IMG/VR virus record: IMGVR_UViG_3300010885_031309
Strand: one strand, 5' to 3'
Length of the DNA: 64,000 nucleotides
From: a virus
Lineage: Duplodnaviria > Caudoviricetes
Shown: positions 56,638-64,000 of the stretch, piece by piece
Layout of the letters: every line of letters starts with the position of its first letter
Numbering within the stretch: position 1 is the first letter of the stretch
Notes under the pieces: generated by a model
Databases searched by the model: none
The model's input: only the letters and a program-made list of their open reading frames with translations
What the model was told of the DNA's origin: nothing
Position numbers and translations under genes: made by a program

Positions 56638-57288
56638 TTAATTTTTAAAACTCTTTCCGTGTTTCCTTGTTTCATTATACTCAATCACATATTTTTTCCA
56701 TAGCATAGTCAATCTAGGCTGTGAAGTTTTTATGGATTTAGCAAACGAAGTCACAGATTTGCAATCTGATTTAAGAAAAGTTTCATATAATTGATATGCC
56801 AATTTTCTTGATTCTTCATTTCTATCTGTTAAATAGTCTTCTCTTGATCTTAAATTTTCTTTATCAAAATTTATAACTCTACCTAACTCCCATCCTTCTT
56901 CAACTTTGAAATTTTTTGGGACTCTTTTTGACAGTCTCAACTTTTTATTGTGAATCCAAAAAGAGCCATATTGAGAATTATTTTCTCCTGATTGAGCAAA
57001 AGACATTGCTTCAGATAATTTTCTGCGTAGCCAGCCATATAATTTGTTGGATGGTCTGTCTGGAATCATCATTGCGGCTGCCTTTACCAAGGCAAAATTT
57101 TTTGGATACATTTTGACTAATAGTTGATGAGCAACATAATGTTCTTCAGGTGTTAATGGTGCCAAATTAGAAGGATCATCAGATCCACCCAAACATTTGG
57201 GAACAATATGATGATACTCAACATAATCACTTAATGATCTTGATTTAGCCTTTTCAATCAAAAGATTGTAGTGTTTTACATAATTCAT
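56638..57288 (-). CDS. Free-standing HNH homing endonuclease
   Basis: YVEYHHIVPKCLGGSDDPSNLAPLTPEEHYVAHQLL; GENNSQYGSFWIHN. Confidence 0.88.
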   Translation of the reverse strand: MNYVKHYNLLIEKAKSRSLSDYVEYHHIVPKCLGGSDDPSNLAPLTPEEHYVAHQLLVKMYPKNFALVKAAAMMIPDRPSNKLYGWLRRKLSEAMSFAQSGENNSQYGSFWIHNKKLRLSKRVPKNFKVEEGWELGRVINFDKENLRSREDYLTDRNEESRKLAYQLYETFLKSDCKSVTSFAKSIKTSQPRLTMLWKKYVIEYNETRKHGKSFKN

Positions 57289-57344
57289 AATTGTAATAAT
57301 AAAGTTATAACTTTATTTATCACATTTATGAGTTTTTAAATTTT

Positions 57345-57632
57345 TGGTAGGCCCCCTGGGGATCGAACCCAGACTCTATCGATTATGCTTACCACTATAG
57401 TTTTCACTACCAGATTACCCTGTTTGTGGTCTGGACTATGCCTTCACCATCGCTTTCGCATTAGGTGGGTGATTATAGTCTCTACACGTTCCCTTGCGGG
57501 CTTCGCTCGGCGTTGGCATCAGCATTACCTGTTAAGCGTTCACCGAATTTACACCTTACTACTATACCGTTTCCAGTATAGCGACCCATTATTACTTAAG
57601 TCGATTGCATTTACCAATTATGCTAGAGGCCC
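57345..57632 (-). tRNA. tRNA-Ile2(CAT) interrupted by a group I intron (exons 57599-57632 and 57345-57387)
   Basis: GGGCCTC/GGGGCCT acceptor, ATCGA-CT^CATAA-TCGAT; C4-G69/C5-G68 as in E. coli Ile2; lacks fMet C1:A72 and 3 GC pairs; adjacent to tilS. Confidence 0.82.
57388..57598 (-). mobile_element. Group I intron (211 nt) at tRNA position 33/34
   Basis: Canonical P1 with U33-G wobble (CGACT/GGTCG), P10 CAT/ATG, P7 GACTA/TAGTC, terminal G. Confidence 0.9.
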
Positions 57633-57690
57633 ATTTATTTCTTAAAGAGCGTTTGCTGACTAACTATTTGTTTTATCAGCGTATGAATAC

Positions 57691-57719
57691 ATTGTATTCT
57701 TATCTTACTTATCTGTCAA
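57691..57719 (-). promoter_or_regulatory. sigma70 promoter driving the tRNA cluster
   Basis: TTGACA-17-TACAAT-GTATTCA. Confidence 0.75.
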
Positions 57720-58328
57720 GTCATGTTCTTCCATTTTTTGTCTAGCTTCTAACTTTTTACGCAGCATAGTATGAATACCAGGATTTACTCTAAGAATACC
57801 AGGCATAAGTTGATGCCTAATATAATTGCGAGTATACTCAATATCATTATTACTAGTATCCTCAATCCACTCAACATTTTTGCGCCGCGCCCAATCTTCT
57901 AGATCATATTTTCTATTTAGAAGTAGTGGTCTAATCACATTAGCACGACTGTAGGGCATTAAACTACTAGTGCCGTGTAAGCTACTCCACACCCAAGTTT
58001 CAGCAACATCGTCTAAGTGATGTGCTGTCGCTACGGTTTCAAAGTTACTAAAAAACTTGTATCGCTCATTGCGCCAATGTTCCTCCGAACTAAGATTTTT
58101 TGGCTTGTTGGCATCAATCACATACACATGAACGGGCATCTTGTATTGTTTACACACTGTGCTAGTTACAAACTTGTAGGCTCGTTCACTATTCTCAGTT
58201 CTGTGATGCACGAATGCCACGCTTACATCATGGTTTTTACGCAAGAAGTCAAACAACACCATGCTATCTACACCGCCGCTTAGTGCGACGGTGATTTTTC
58301 GCGGCACAGTTTCTAACAGCTTAATCAC
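57705..58328 (-). CDS. tilS: tRNA(Ile)-lysidine synthetase, catalytic domain only
   Basis: VALSGGVDSM PP-loop, RNERY, TAHHLDDVAET, IRPLL, WIEDTSN...YTRNYIR. Confidence 0.9.
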   Translation of the reverse strand: MIKLLETVPRKITVALSGGVDSMVLFDFLRKNHDVSVAFVHHRTENSERAYKFVTSTVCKQYKMPVHVYVIDANKPKNLSSEEHWRNERYKFFSNFETVATAHHLDDVAETWVWSSLHGTSSLMPYSRANVIRPLLLNRKYDLEDWARRKNVEWIEDTSNNDIEYTRNYIRHQLMPGILRVNPGIHTMLRKKLEARQKMEEHDLTDK

Positions 58329-58445
58329 TTAACGAACATGTAGTGAAAGAACAAGAATGCGATTACGCCTACGACAGTAATGTGTCCACAATTTTGCCAG
58401 AAGGAAAAATCCTTACTGTAGAACCAATTAGCAATTTTCTTCATT

Positions 58446-58859
58446 TTACTTCTCCAGAATGTAGGGTTGATCCCACTTGCCGATATTGACATCAACGTAC
58501 CAACCCACCGAAAAGTAGTCAGTTTGAATGTCCGAGTTGTCATAGTTGCCGTAGTTCATCAGAGGGATAACTTCGGACAAGAACTTCAGAGCCACACCGC
58601 TGTAATGATTCTTGTAGTGATAGACATTTACATTATCATACTTGTTCTTGTTGGGAGTGAAGCCACGAGACACTTGATAGTGATCGTTGCCGCACACCTC
58701 GTTGGCATTGCCAATGAAGTCAATGACACCACTCTTGATGTTCAGGCACAGAGTGCTATGATTACGCACAGACAAGGTAGCCTTGACGCCATACTTCTTG
58801 CACACAGCCTTGATATGAGGTGCCAGAGTCTTTTTGAGGTCTTGAGATACAAAAGCCAT
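58446..58859 (-). CDS. Conserved phage hypothetical protein
   Basis: GGAG RBS; KYGVKATLSVRNHS...SDIQTDYF.VGWY. Confidence 0.65.
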   Translation of the reverse strand: MAFVSQDLKKTLAPHIKAVCKKYGVKATLSVRNHSTLCLNIKSGVIDFIGNANEVCGNDHYQVSRGFTPNKNKYDNVNVYHYKNHYSGVALKFLSEVIPLMNYGNYDNSDIQTDYFSVGWYVDVNIGKWDQPYILEK

Positions 58860-58893
58860 TTGTTTACTCCAGGTGTTTATCTACTATGAATAC

Positions 58894-58922
58894 AGTATAT
58901 CAAAGAACCGATTTATTGTCAA
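58894..58922 (-). promoter_or_regulatory. sigma70-type early promoter
   Basis: TTGACA-ATAAATCGGTTCTTTGA-TATACT. Confidence 0.85.
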
Positions 58923-59931
58923 ATAATTCTGATTTCTGTTTTTTATAAACAACAGTGGTATCGCTACTTTTTTGATTTTTATTTATAGATGATTGATTAC
59001 TTTGACGTTTACTGCTTATAACCTCAAGTACATCGGCTTCCTGATATTTAAATTCTGTATGATATTTCAATACATCCTCATTCATATCTCGGCTTCGCAC
59101 TTTACCTACATTCCAACAACTTACACCATGTGGGTTTAAGTGGTCTATTCCAAGTTTAATGATATCTCTTAGAAAGCCGTCAGCCCATTGTTGATAGGTT
59201 GATGCTTCGCTAACACTCTGAGTGGATTCGTGTGAGTATACTTCTAAATTAAAATAAGGAGGACTGGTGAGTACCATATCAAAAGTAGACAAATTATATT
59301 TTGTCATGTTTCTGGCGTCATCACAAATAAGCGTTACACTATTCTGAATACCGAGAAACTGTACAATATTCATCAGATTTGCATATGTAGTGGTGTTGGG
59401 TTCAAAAGCAGTGTAATGTGCCCCATAGGCAACCGCGCCCAACATTCGTCCTCCCCAACCTGCACACGGGTCCAAAACTCGTTTTGGTTGGTACTTGATA
59501 CATGCTAGTTTCATCATCTGAGGGCGATACATTGTGTTTTTTGTAAGCCCGCAGCAAAAATATATACCACGCTTTAGTTCGCTGAGATATGGAGTAGTAT
59601 GTGACTTACGATTCCAGCGTAAGATTTTTTCTAGATTCTTAGCCTTCCATAGACTAGCAAAACTTACACCTCTATCGTTTTCAATGTTATAAAAGTTGGG
59701 ACAGTAATGTTCACTCAACTTCATACCAAGTCTAGACGTTGAATTTATGTTATTTTCACTGGTTGTCCATTTGAGTAATTTATTCCAGTCTTCTGATAAT
59801 TCTTTGTCGCTATACAGTGTATGAAAATTGACTTGCTCTAACTCAGTTGCTAACTGAGACACTTTGCTCTCAAAATCAGCATCAGTTAGATTTCGTGTAG
59901 AATTTTTTTTGTTCAGAAAGTTATTTATCAC
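58900..59931 (-). CDS. Amino (N4-C/N6-A) DNA methyltransferase
   Basis: VLDPCAGWGGR (motif I), TSPPYF (motif IV). Confidence 0.85.
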   Translation of the reverse strand: MINNFLNKKNSTRNLTDADFESKVSQLATELEQVNFHTLYSDKELSEDWNKLLKWTTSENNINSTSRLGMKLSEHYCPNFYNIENDRGVSFASLWKAKNLEKILRWNRKSHTTPYLSELKRGIYFCCGLTKNTMYRPQMMKLACIKYQPKRVLDPCAGWGGRMLGAVAYGAHYTAFEPNTTTYANLMNIVQFLGIQNSVTLICDDARNMTKYNLSTFDMVLTSPPYFNLEVYSHESTQSVSEASTYQQWADGFLRDIIKLGIDHLNPHGVSCWNVGKVRSRDMNEDVLKYHTEFKYQEADVLEVISSKRQSNQSSINKNQKSSDTTVVYKKQKSELFDNKSVL

Positions 59932-60502
59932 CGCGTTCCTTAAAAAATCGTGCTAGTGAAGTTGTCAGGCAATTTGTTTTATTTATTACTTCTTCGTTGT
60001 AGAAATGAATTTTTACCTGAGTTGAATTAATTATATCTTTGTATGAAAATGGACAGACAATTCGCTTTCCGAGTTTTGCGTTTATAATAGGGATTTTCAG
60101 GCGTTCGTAAATATCACTTATAGGAAATTCCACAATAAACAGCAAATCATTTGCCATAAAAGAACTGCAAATAATATCACAATCTTTCTTCTTTTCTAAC
60201 AATGAAAGTGTCAGATCATTGAAATTGCCACCTAAACTTACTTTTTTGTCAGTGAAAAATCTAGGCTTTATCTCTTTTTGACGTCCGGTTGTTGGATCAA
60301 ATCCATCAAATCCGTGTTTGCTATCATATGACTGATATTTCAAATAATGTAATGTTACGGCCTCGCGAATAGATGATGAATTGCAATCTGAAATGTAATT
60401 GATAAATGTTTCTTTATCAATAGAATGCATGCTATCAAAGCGATCTCTATTGCCAAGAAAAAAACTGGTATAAAAATCCAGAGCGTCCTTACTGAAGGCC
60501 AT
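59921..60502 (-). CDS. PD-(D/E)xK restriction-endonuclease-like protein
   Basis: HGFDGFD...KEIKP; overlaps the MTase start. Confidence 0.5.
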   Translation of the reverse strand: MAFSKDALDFYTSFFLGNRDRFDSMHSIDKETFINYISDCNSSSIREAVTLHYLKYQSYDSKHGFDGFDPTTGRQKEIKPRFFTDKKVSLGGNFNDLTLSLLEKKKDCDIICSSFMANDLLFIVEFPISDIYERLKIPIINAKLGKRIVCPFSYKDIINSTQVKIHFYNEEVINKTNCLTTSLARFFKERGDK

Positions 60503-60526
60503 ATATGAAATTTATTGTCAAATATT

Positions 60527-60757
60527 TTAGTACGAAAAAGTGCCGGGTGCAATAAAATCGTAGGAGGTGTCGTACACACCGACCTTGCCGTAAGCGATTG
60601 CGACGGTTACACGTTCTCGCAGAGCATTGAAAACTTGCGTGGCAATTTTGGAATCTTGGGTTTCCAAGAACAGTGTGCCCTCGTAAAAATACGCGGGAAC
60701 AGTAGTTACAGACTTGACAACATTCAGAACCGTCTTTTCAAAGGCCATTTTGTTCAC
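60527..60757 (-). CDS. Hypothetical protein
   Basis: GAGG RBS after an early promoter. Confidence 0.55.
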   Translation of the reverse strand: MNKMAFEKTVLNVVKSVTTVPAYFYEGTLFLETQDSKIATQVFNALRERVTVAIAYGKVGVYDTSYDFIAPGTFSY

Positions 60758-60777
60758 CTCATCAACTCAATGAATAC

Positions 60778-60806
60778 AGTATAACCGAAATCTGATTTAT
60801 TGTCAA
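60778..60806 (-). promoter_or_regulatory. sigma70-type early promoter
   Basis: TTGACA-ATAAAT...-TATACT-GTATTCA. Confidence 0.85.
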
Positions 60807-61018
60807 GTTTCAACAAAATAACGATTGTAGAATTCAGTGTCCAATTCTGCTGAGAAAATGTCCCAAAGATTTTTTTGTTGTCTAAGAGCAATTTGAATAC
60901 TAGACATAATACCGTGCGTTTCACGGGCTTTCAAATAATATTCCAGATAGCTATTCAAATCACCGTGTCGGTCGGCAATTTGCTCAGCAATTTGCATAGA
61001 CTTGGAAATAGTATTCAT
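60803..61018 (-). CDS. Hypothetical protein
   Basis: Stop inside the -35 box of the next promoter. Confidence 0.55.
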   Translation of the reverse strand: MNTISKSMQIAEQIADRHGDLNSYLEYYLKARETHGIMSSIQIALRQQKNLWDIFSAELDTEFYNRYFVET

Positions 61019-61051
61019 ATGATTATCGCCTTGTTTAGTGACTGTGAATAC

Positions 61052-61080
61052 AGTATAGCAAGTCGGTTATTTATTGTCAA
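61052..61080 (-). promoter_or_regulatory. sigma70-type early promoter
   Basis: TTGACA-ATAAAT...-TATACT-GTATTCA. Confidence 0.85.
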
Positions 61081-61082
61081 AC

Positions 61083-61373
61083 TCAGGCGGCAGAGAGCAT
61101 GTTTGCAGGAACGCGCCACTGCATGCTGTAGAAGCTGGTAGACTTTTCCCGAACAATGATGAACTTGCGGTTGACCTTTTCTACGGTGCCAAAAACCGTT
61201 TGGCCAGTGCGGCTGCTGGTGAACTTCACCTCGGATCCAGCACGGAAGGTATACTTATTCTTTTTAGCGATTTGATTACGAGCGAACTTTACTGCTGTCA
61301 TAATAGAATCCAGTTGGTCGTTAGTGAATTGACCCTGAATGATGCTAGAATTGATTTCCTGAATGGTAGCCAT
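61083..61373 (-). CDS. Conserved phage hypothetical protein (SH3-like)
   Basis: FRAGSEVKFTS..G.VEKVNRK..W.VPA.ML. Confidence 0.6.
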   Translation of the reverse strand: MATIQEINSSIIQGQFTNDQLDSIMTAVKFARNQIAKKNKYTFRAGSEVKFTSSRTGQTVFGTVEKVNRKFIIVREKSTSFYSMQWRVPANMLSAA

Positions 61374-61407
61374 TTGTTAACTCCTGTTGTTTTCTGACAG
61401 TGAATAC

Positions 61408-61436
61408 AGTATAACAGTATTTGGATTTATAGTCAA
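61408..61436 (-). promoter_or_regulatory. sigma70-type early promoter
   Basis: TTGACT-ATAAAT...-TATACT-GTATTCA. Confidence 0.8.
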
Positions 61437-61629
61437 GTCTTGGAAAGTGACAGAATGATCTTGGCTTGCAACAACAGTTCTTCTCTACTGCTATTGCTCA
61501 AGCTAAGTTGACTAAAGTTGTACCAATTCTTGTTGATAATATCAACTTGAGTGTCGTTGAAAAACTCGGACAAGAACAACACAATCCAACGAGGAAGATT
61601 CATCACAACTCCTTATCAACTAGACACAC

Positions 61630-61658
61630 AGTATATCAAACCACTGAATTATCGTCAA
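61630..61658 (-). promoter_or_regulatory. sigma70-type early promoter
   Basis: TTGACG-17-TATACT. Confidence 0.7.
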
Positions 61659-61827
61659 GTTTTCTGTTGTCTAATTGCGATCTTAACAGCTCTATTTCAT
61701 CTGCTGCCTGTTCTAAAATCTCTGCTATACGGTCAGGTTTACCCTCTTGTACGCTCTTTCTACCAGGAATTTGACGGCGAATTTCTGCCCGTTTTCTCAA
61801 TCTGTATACTATGTCTTGTTCATTCAT
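61636..61827 (-). CDS. Conserved phage hypothetical protein
   Basis: LVYRLRKRAEIRRQI..RKSVQEG.PDRIA.LLE.AA.EIE. Confidence 0.6.
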   Translation of the reverse strand: MNEQDIVYRLRKRAEIRRQIPGRKSVQEGKPDRIAEILEQAADEIELLRSQLDNRKLDDNSVV

Positions 61828-62132
61828 GTATGCTCTACGATTTTTATTTCAGTTGCATCAATAGCAGATTGACAAACATTACAGGGTTTTGCCAATGCTG
61901 GATTCCCATGTCTGTCATATCTTATGATAAGAATTCTGTGAGCCCTACTCAAATCTCTACATTTGGTGATAGCTGAGATTTCAGCATGCAAGAATACCTT
62001 GTGCTCTTCGCCAACCTGCGAAGCATATTTCGCCTGTAGTGGATGAGTTTTTACATACGAATTCTGTCCTACCGATAACACGCGACCGCGCTTATCATAG
62101 ATGAACGCGGTCATATTTTGTCGCTGAGTCAT
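61824..62132 (-). CDS. Small Zn-dependent cytidine/adenosine deaminase-fold protein
   Basis: SVGQNSY.KTHP, LHAEI, KPCNVC. Confidence 0.75.
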   Translation of the reverse strand: MTQRQNMTAFIYDKRGRVLSVGQNSYVKTHPLQAKYASQVGEEHKVFLHAEISAITKCRDLSRAHRILIIRYDRHGNPALAKPCNVCQSAIDATEIKIVEHT

Positions 62133-62210
62133 TATTCTTAATGCCGTTCAAAATACTGTCGGATCCAATCAAGCCGAGATTGCTCATCCATAGCAGTATA
62201 CTGTTCAATA

Positions 62211-62543
62211 TTAGCGCGAATAGCACCTACAAGTGGATAATACTCCTAGTAGTTCCTTGATTAGGGTCTTTTTATCTTCCGTTGACATACCATCAACTCC
62301 GAAATGTTTCTTTACAACATAACCAACATCATTGCCAGTTAGTTTTTCTTCGCCCCATTCTATTTCAAACAATCCGGCACATTCCCTAACAATCAACTCG
62401 GCGAACTTTTCCAATTGAAAATCAAGTAGTCCGATGTTTTTAACATACCTTGGACCTTTGTCATCGTTTTGTTCCGATATTTTGGTTAATACTTCCTGCA
62501 TCGGACCGGCCTGTTCAGCAAGTTCTTTAATTCTTTCTCTCAT
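62211..62543 (-). CDS. MNERI family small protein (copy 4)
   Basis: MRERIKELAEQAG...EKFAELIVREC...KHFGV. Confidence 0.7.
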   Translation of the reverse strand: MRERIKELAEQAGPMQEVLTKISEQNDDKGPRYVKNIGLLDFQLEKFAELIVRECAGLFEIEWGEEKLTGNDVGYVVKKHFGVDGMSTEDKKTLIKELLGVLSTCRCYSR

Positions 62544-62566
62544 TTATATACTTTCAGTTGTTTCGG

Positions 62567-62603
62567 TATAAATAAGTATAGCATAAAACAAAGTTTATGT
62601 CAA
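62567..62603. promoter_or_regulatory. Back-to-back promoters: late TATAAATA (+, 62567-62574) and early TTGACA-17-TATACT (-, 62575-62603)
   Basis: Direct motif reading. Confidence 0.65.
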
Positions 62604-62667
62604 CAAAAATGTCCTTCGCGGTTCTCCCAAACCCAAGGACTCTAACAGTTTGTAAGGAACTATCAGC

Positions 62668-63339
62668 ATGAGTATTTATTGCGTCTACCTAACCATATAT
62701 CGAGGAACAAAACTTCCGCCATTTTATATTGGATCCAGTTCAGTAGAAAAAGTCCAAAACGGGTATCACGGTTCAGTCTGTTCAAAACAGTTTAAGGATA
62801 TTTGGAAATCTGAACTTAGATTTAATCCTAACTTATTTGAAACCAAAATCATTTCAACGCATTCGGATAGAAAAGAAGCAACACTTAAAGAGCGAACTTT
62901 TCAAAAGAAAGTCAATGCGGTTAGAAACCCCCTTTACATCAATCAGTCATTTGCCGCTTATGACAGTTTTACTGACAGAGATCAATCTGGTAAGAATAAT
63001 CCAATGTATGGGACTTCCCGAAAAGGAGAAGCAAATCCGTTTTATGGGCAAACTCATACCGAAGAGACTCTTGCCAAAATGCGTGGAAGAAAATGCTCCG
63101 AAGCAAACAAAAAGTTATACAGTAAACTCAAAAAAGGTATTCCCGATTCTGAAGAAACAAAACTGAAAAAGAGTATTGCTAAGAAAGGAAAGCCGCCAAA
63201 CAGTTCCAAAGTGCTCAACTCAGTATCAAAACAGAAGTTTATCTGTATGATTGATACTAAGAAAGAATACACTTATGTAAATGCTTGTCAGCGGCTTCCT
63301 GACATTAAACATCTCTTTTGGACAAAGAAGTTAGGATAG
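62668..63339 (+). CDS. GIY-YIG/Seg-like homing endonuclease with NUMOD3 repeats
   Basis: YCVYLTIY...FYIGSS...GYHGS; GEANPFYGQTHTEETLAKM, SEETKLKKS. Confidence 0.8.
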   Translation: MSIYCVYLTIYRGTKLPPFYIGSSSVEKVQNGYHGSVCSKQFKDIWKSELRFNPNLFETKIISTHSDRKEATLKERTFQKKVNAVRNPLYINQSFAAYDSFTDRDQSGKNNPMYGTSRKGEANPFYGQTHTEETLAKMRGRKCSEANKKLYSKLKKGIPDSEETKLKKSIAKKGKPPNSSKVLNSVSKQKFICMIDTKKEYTYVNACQRLPDIKHLFWTKKLG

Positions 63340-63999
63340 GAACTCTCGAACCCAAGCCAATCGTTCTTGTTCAGTCTTTGCTGTGTATGCCTCTATGTCT
63401 GCTTGTATCGCAGAAAGCAAAGGATAATATTCTTCATCGATTTGCTTCTTAAAGTCTTCACGCATCAACTTGTCAGTCCGTGGATTACGAGCCACCCACT
63501 TATTTGTTAGATAATAAGGGCTCTTAATCTTGAAGGATACGCCGTCATCGGTGTATGCTACATAACCTTCGTGCTTACATTCCTTTGCTAGTTCCTTTAA
63601 ACGGATCATGTTAGTAGTTACACCTTCTGCCCAGAAGCAGTTAAGTGTATCACGAGCAAAGTCCATTAGGAAATATGGGTCACGCATGATCTTAGAGCCC
63701 CAAGAGTTTTCACGAGCTCCTAGCAAATACATGCCTGACTTTTCTGGTATGATGTGTGGGTCACCTGGATGAACGCACTCGAACATAAAAGTCATTCCTA
63801 AGCAATCTGCTGTGCCTAACGCCATGCGCCAATCTGTCAAAGGCATGTGTGTTGCCATCATTTCCTTTGCCATATCAACAAATGGGCTGTCTGTGCTACC
63901 AGTAGTAGACACCAACAGTTCACCGTTATGAACAGTCATAGCAACCATAAAGCCGTTGACCTTACGGAATGCAGTCACTTGAGTATCGTCAGCCAGCAC
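63331..63999 (-). CDS. T4 Rnl1-like RNA ligase (C-terminal part, 5' end outside window)
   Basis: RKVNGFM (KxNG motif I), TFMFEC..P.DPHII, EGYV, FKIKSPYY. Confidence 0.75.
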   Translation of the reverse strand: MLADDTQVTAFRKVNGFMVAMTVHNGELLVSTTGSTDSPFVDMAKEMMATHMPLTDWRMALGTADCLGMTFMFECVHPGDPHIIPEKSGMYLLGARENSWGSKIMRDPYFLMDFARDTLNCFWAEGVTTNMIRLKELAKECKHEGYVAYTDDGVSFKIKSPYYLTNKWVARNPRTDKLMREDFKKQIDEEYYPLLSAIQADIEAYTAKTEQERLAWVREFLS

Positions 64000-64000
64000 T

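Noticed and set aside
56512-57645. ORFs 56512-56703 and 57385-57645 as intron-encoded proteins
   Set aside because: They are antisense to the introns, short, and lack nuclease motifs.
58467-61976. Long antisense ORFs 58467-58889, 61074-61397, 61551-61976
   Set aside because: They oppose promoter-led genes with good RBSs and have no recognisable motifs.
582-62603. CRISPR array or diversity-generating retroelement
   Set aside because: The repeats are dispersed promoters separated by whole genes, not regular 30-40 bp spacers; no cas or reverse transcriptase genes were seen.

Overview
A 64 kb AT-rich, gene-dense segment of a large T4-like (jumbo/huge) tailed phage genome. There are no rRNA genes, CRISPR arrays, integrases or transposases. 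Genes run mostly on + up to ~24.5 kb and mostly on - thereafter. The window carries ~19 near-consensus sigma70 early promoters (TTGACAATAAAT-N11-TATACT) that delimit small-gene cassettes, plus T4-like late promoters (NTAAATA). Contents: two RNA ligases and a DNA ligase; a proteostasis block (ClpX, 2x ClpP, 2x ClpS, Hsp20 with a ROSE-like thermometer); translation-related genes (bS21, IF-1, a bL12 C-terminal-like domain, an ArfA-like peptide, TilS, a RelE-like toxin); redox/Fe-S genes (SOD, ErpA, rubrerythrin); an array of ~13 genes with T4 capsid-targeting-like N-termini (kinase-like, GNAT, HAD and WCT-motif payloads); a LuxR-regulator/collagen/BclA-like cluster; a TROVE/vWA (DUF2828-like) gene preceded by four related hairpin RNAs; RpoZ; a PBP7-like peptidase; and an MTase/nuclease cassette. 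A tRNA locus on - holds tRNA-Ile2(CAU) with a canonical group I intron next to tilS, an HNH gene, tRNA-Leu(UAA) with a group I intron at an apparently non-canonical 31/32 site (bulged A instead of the U-G pair), and a rare tRNA-Ser(ACU). All product calls come from motif recognition by eye; no database searches were run.
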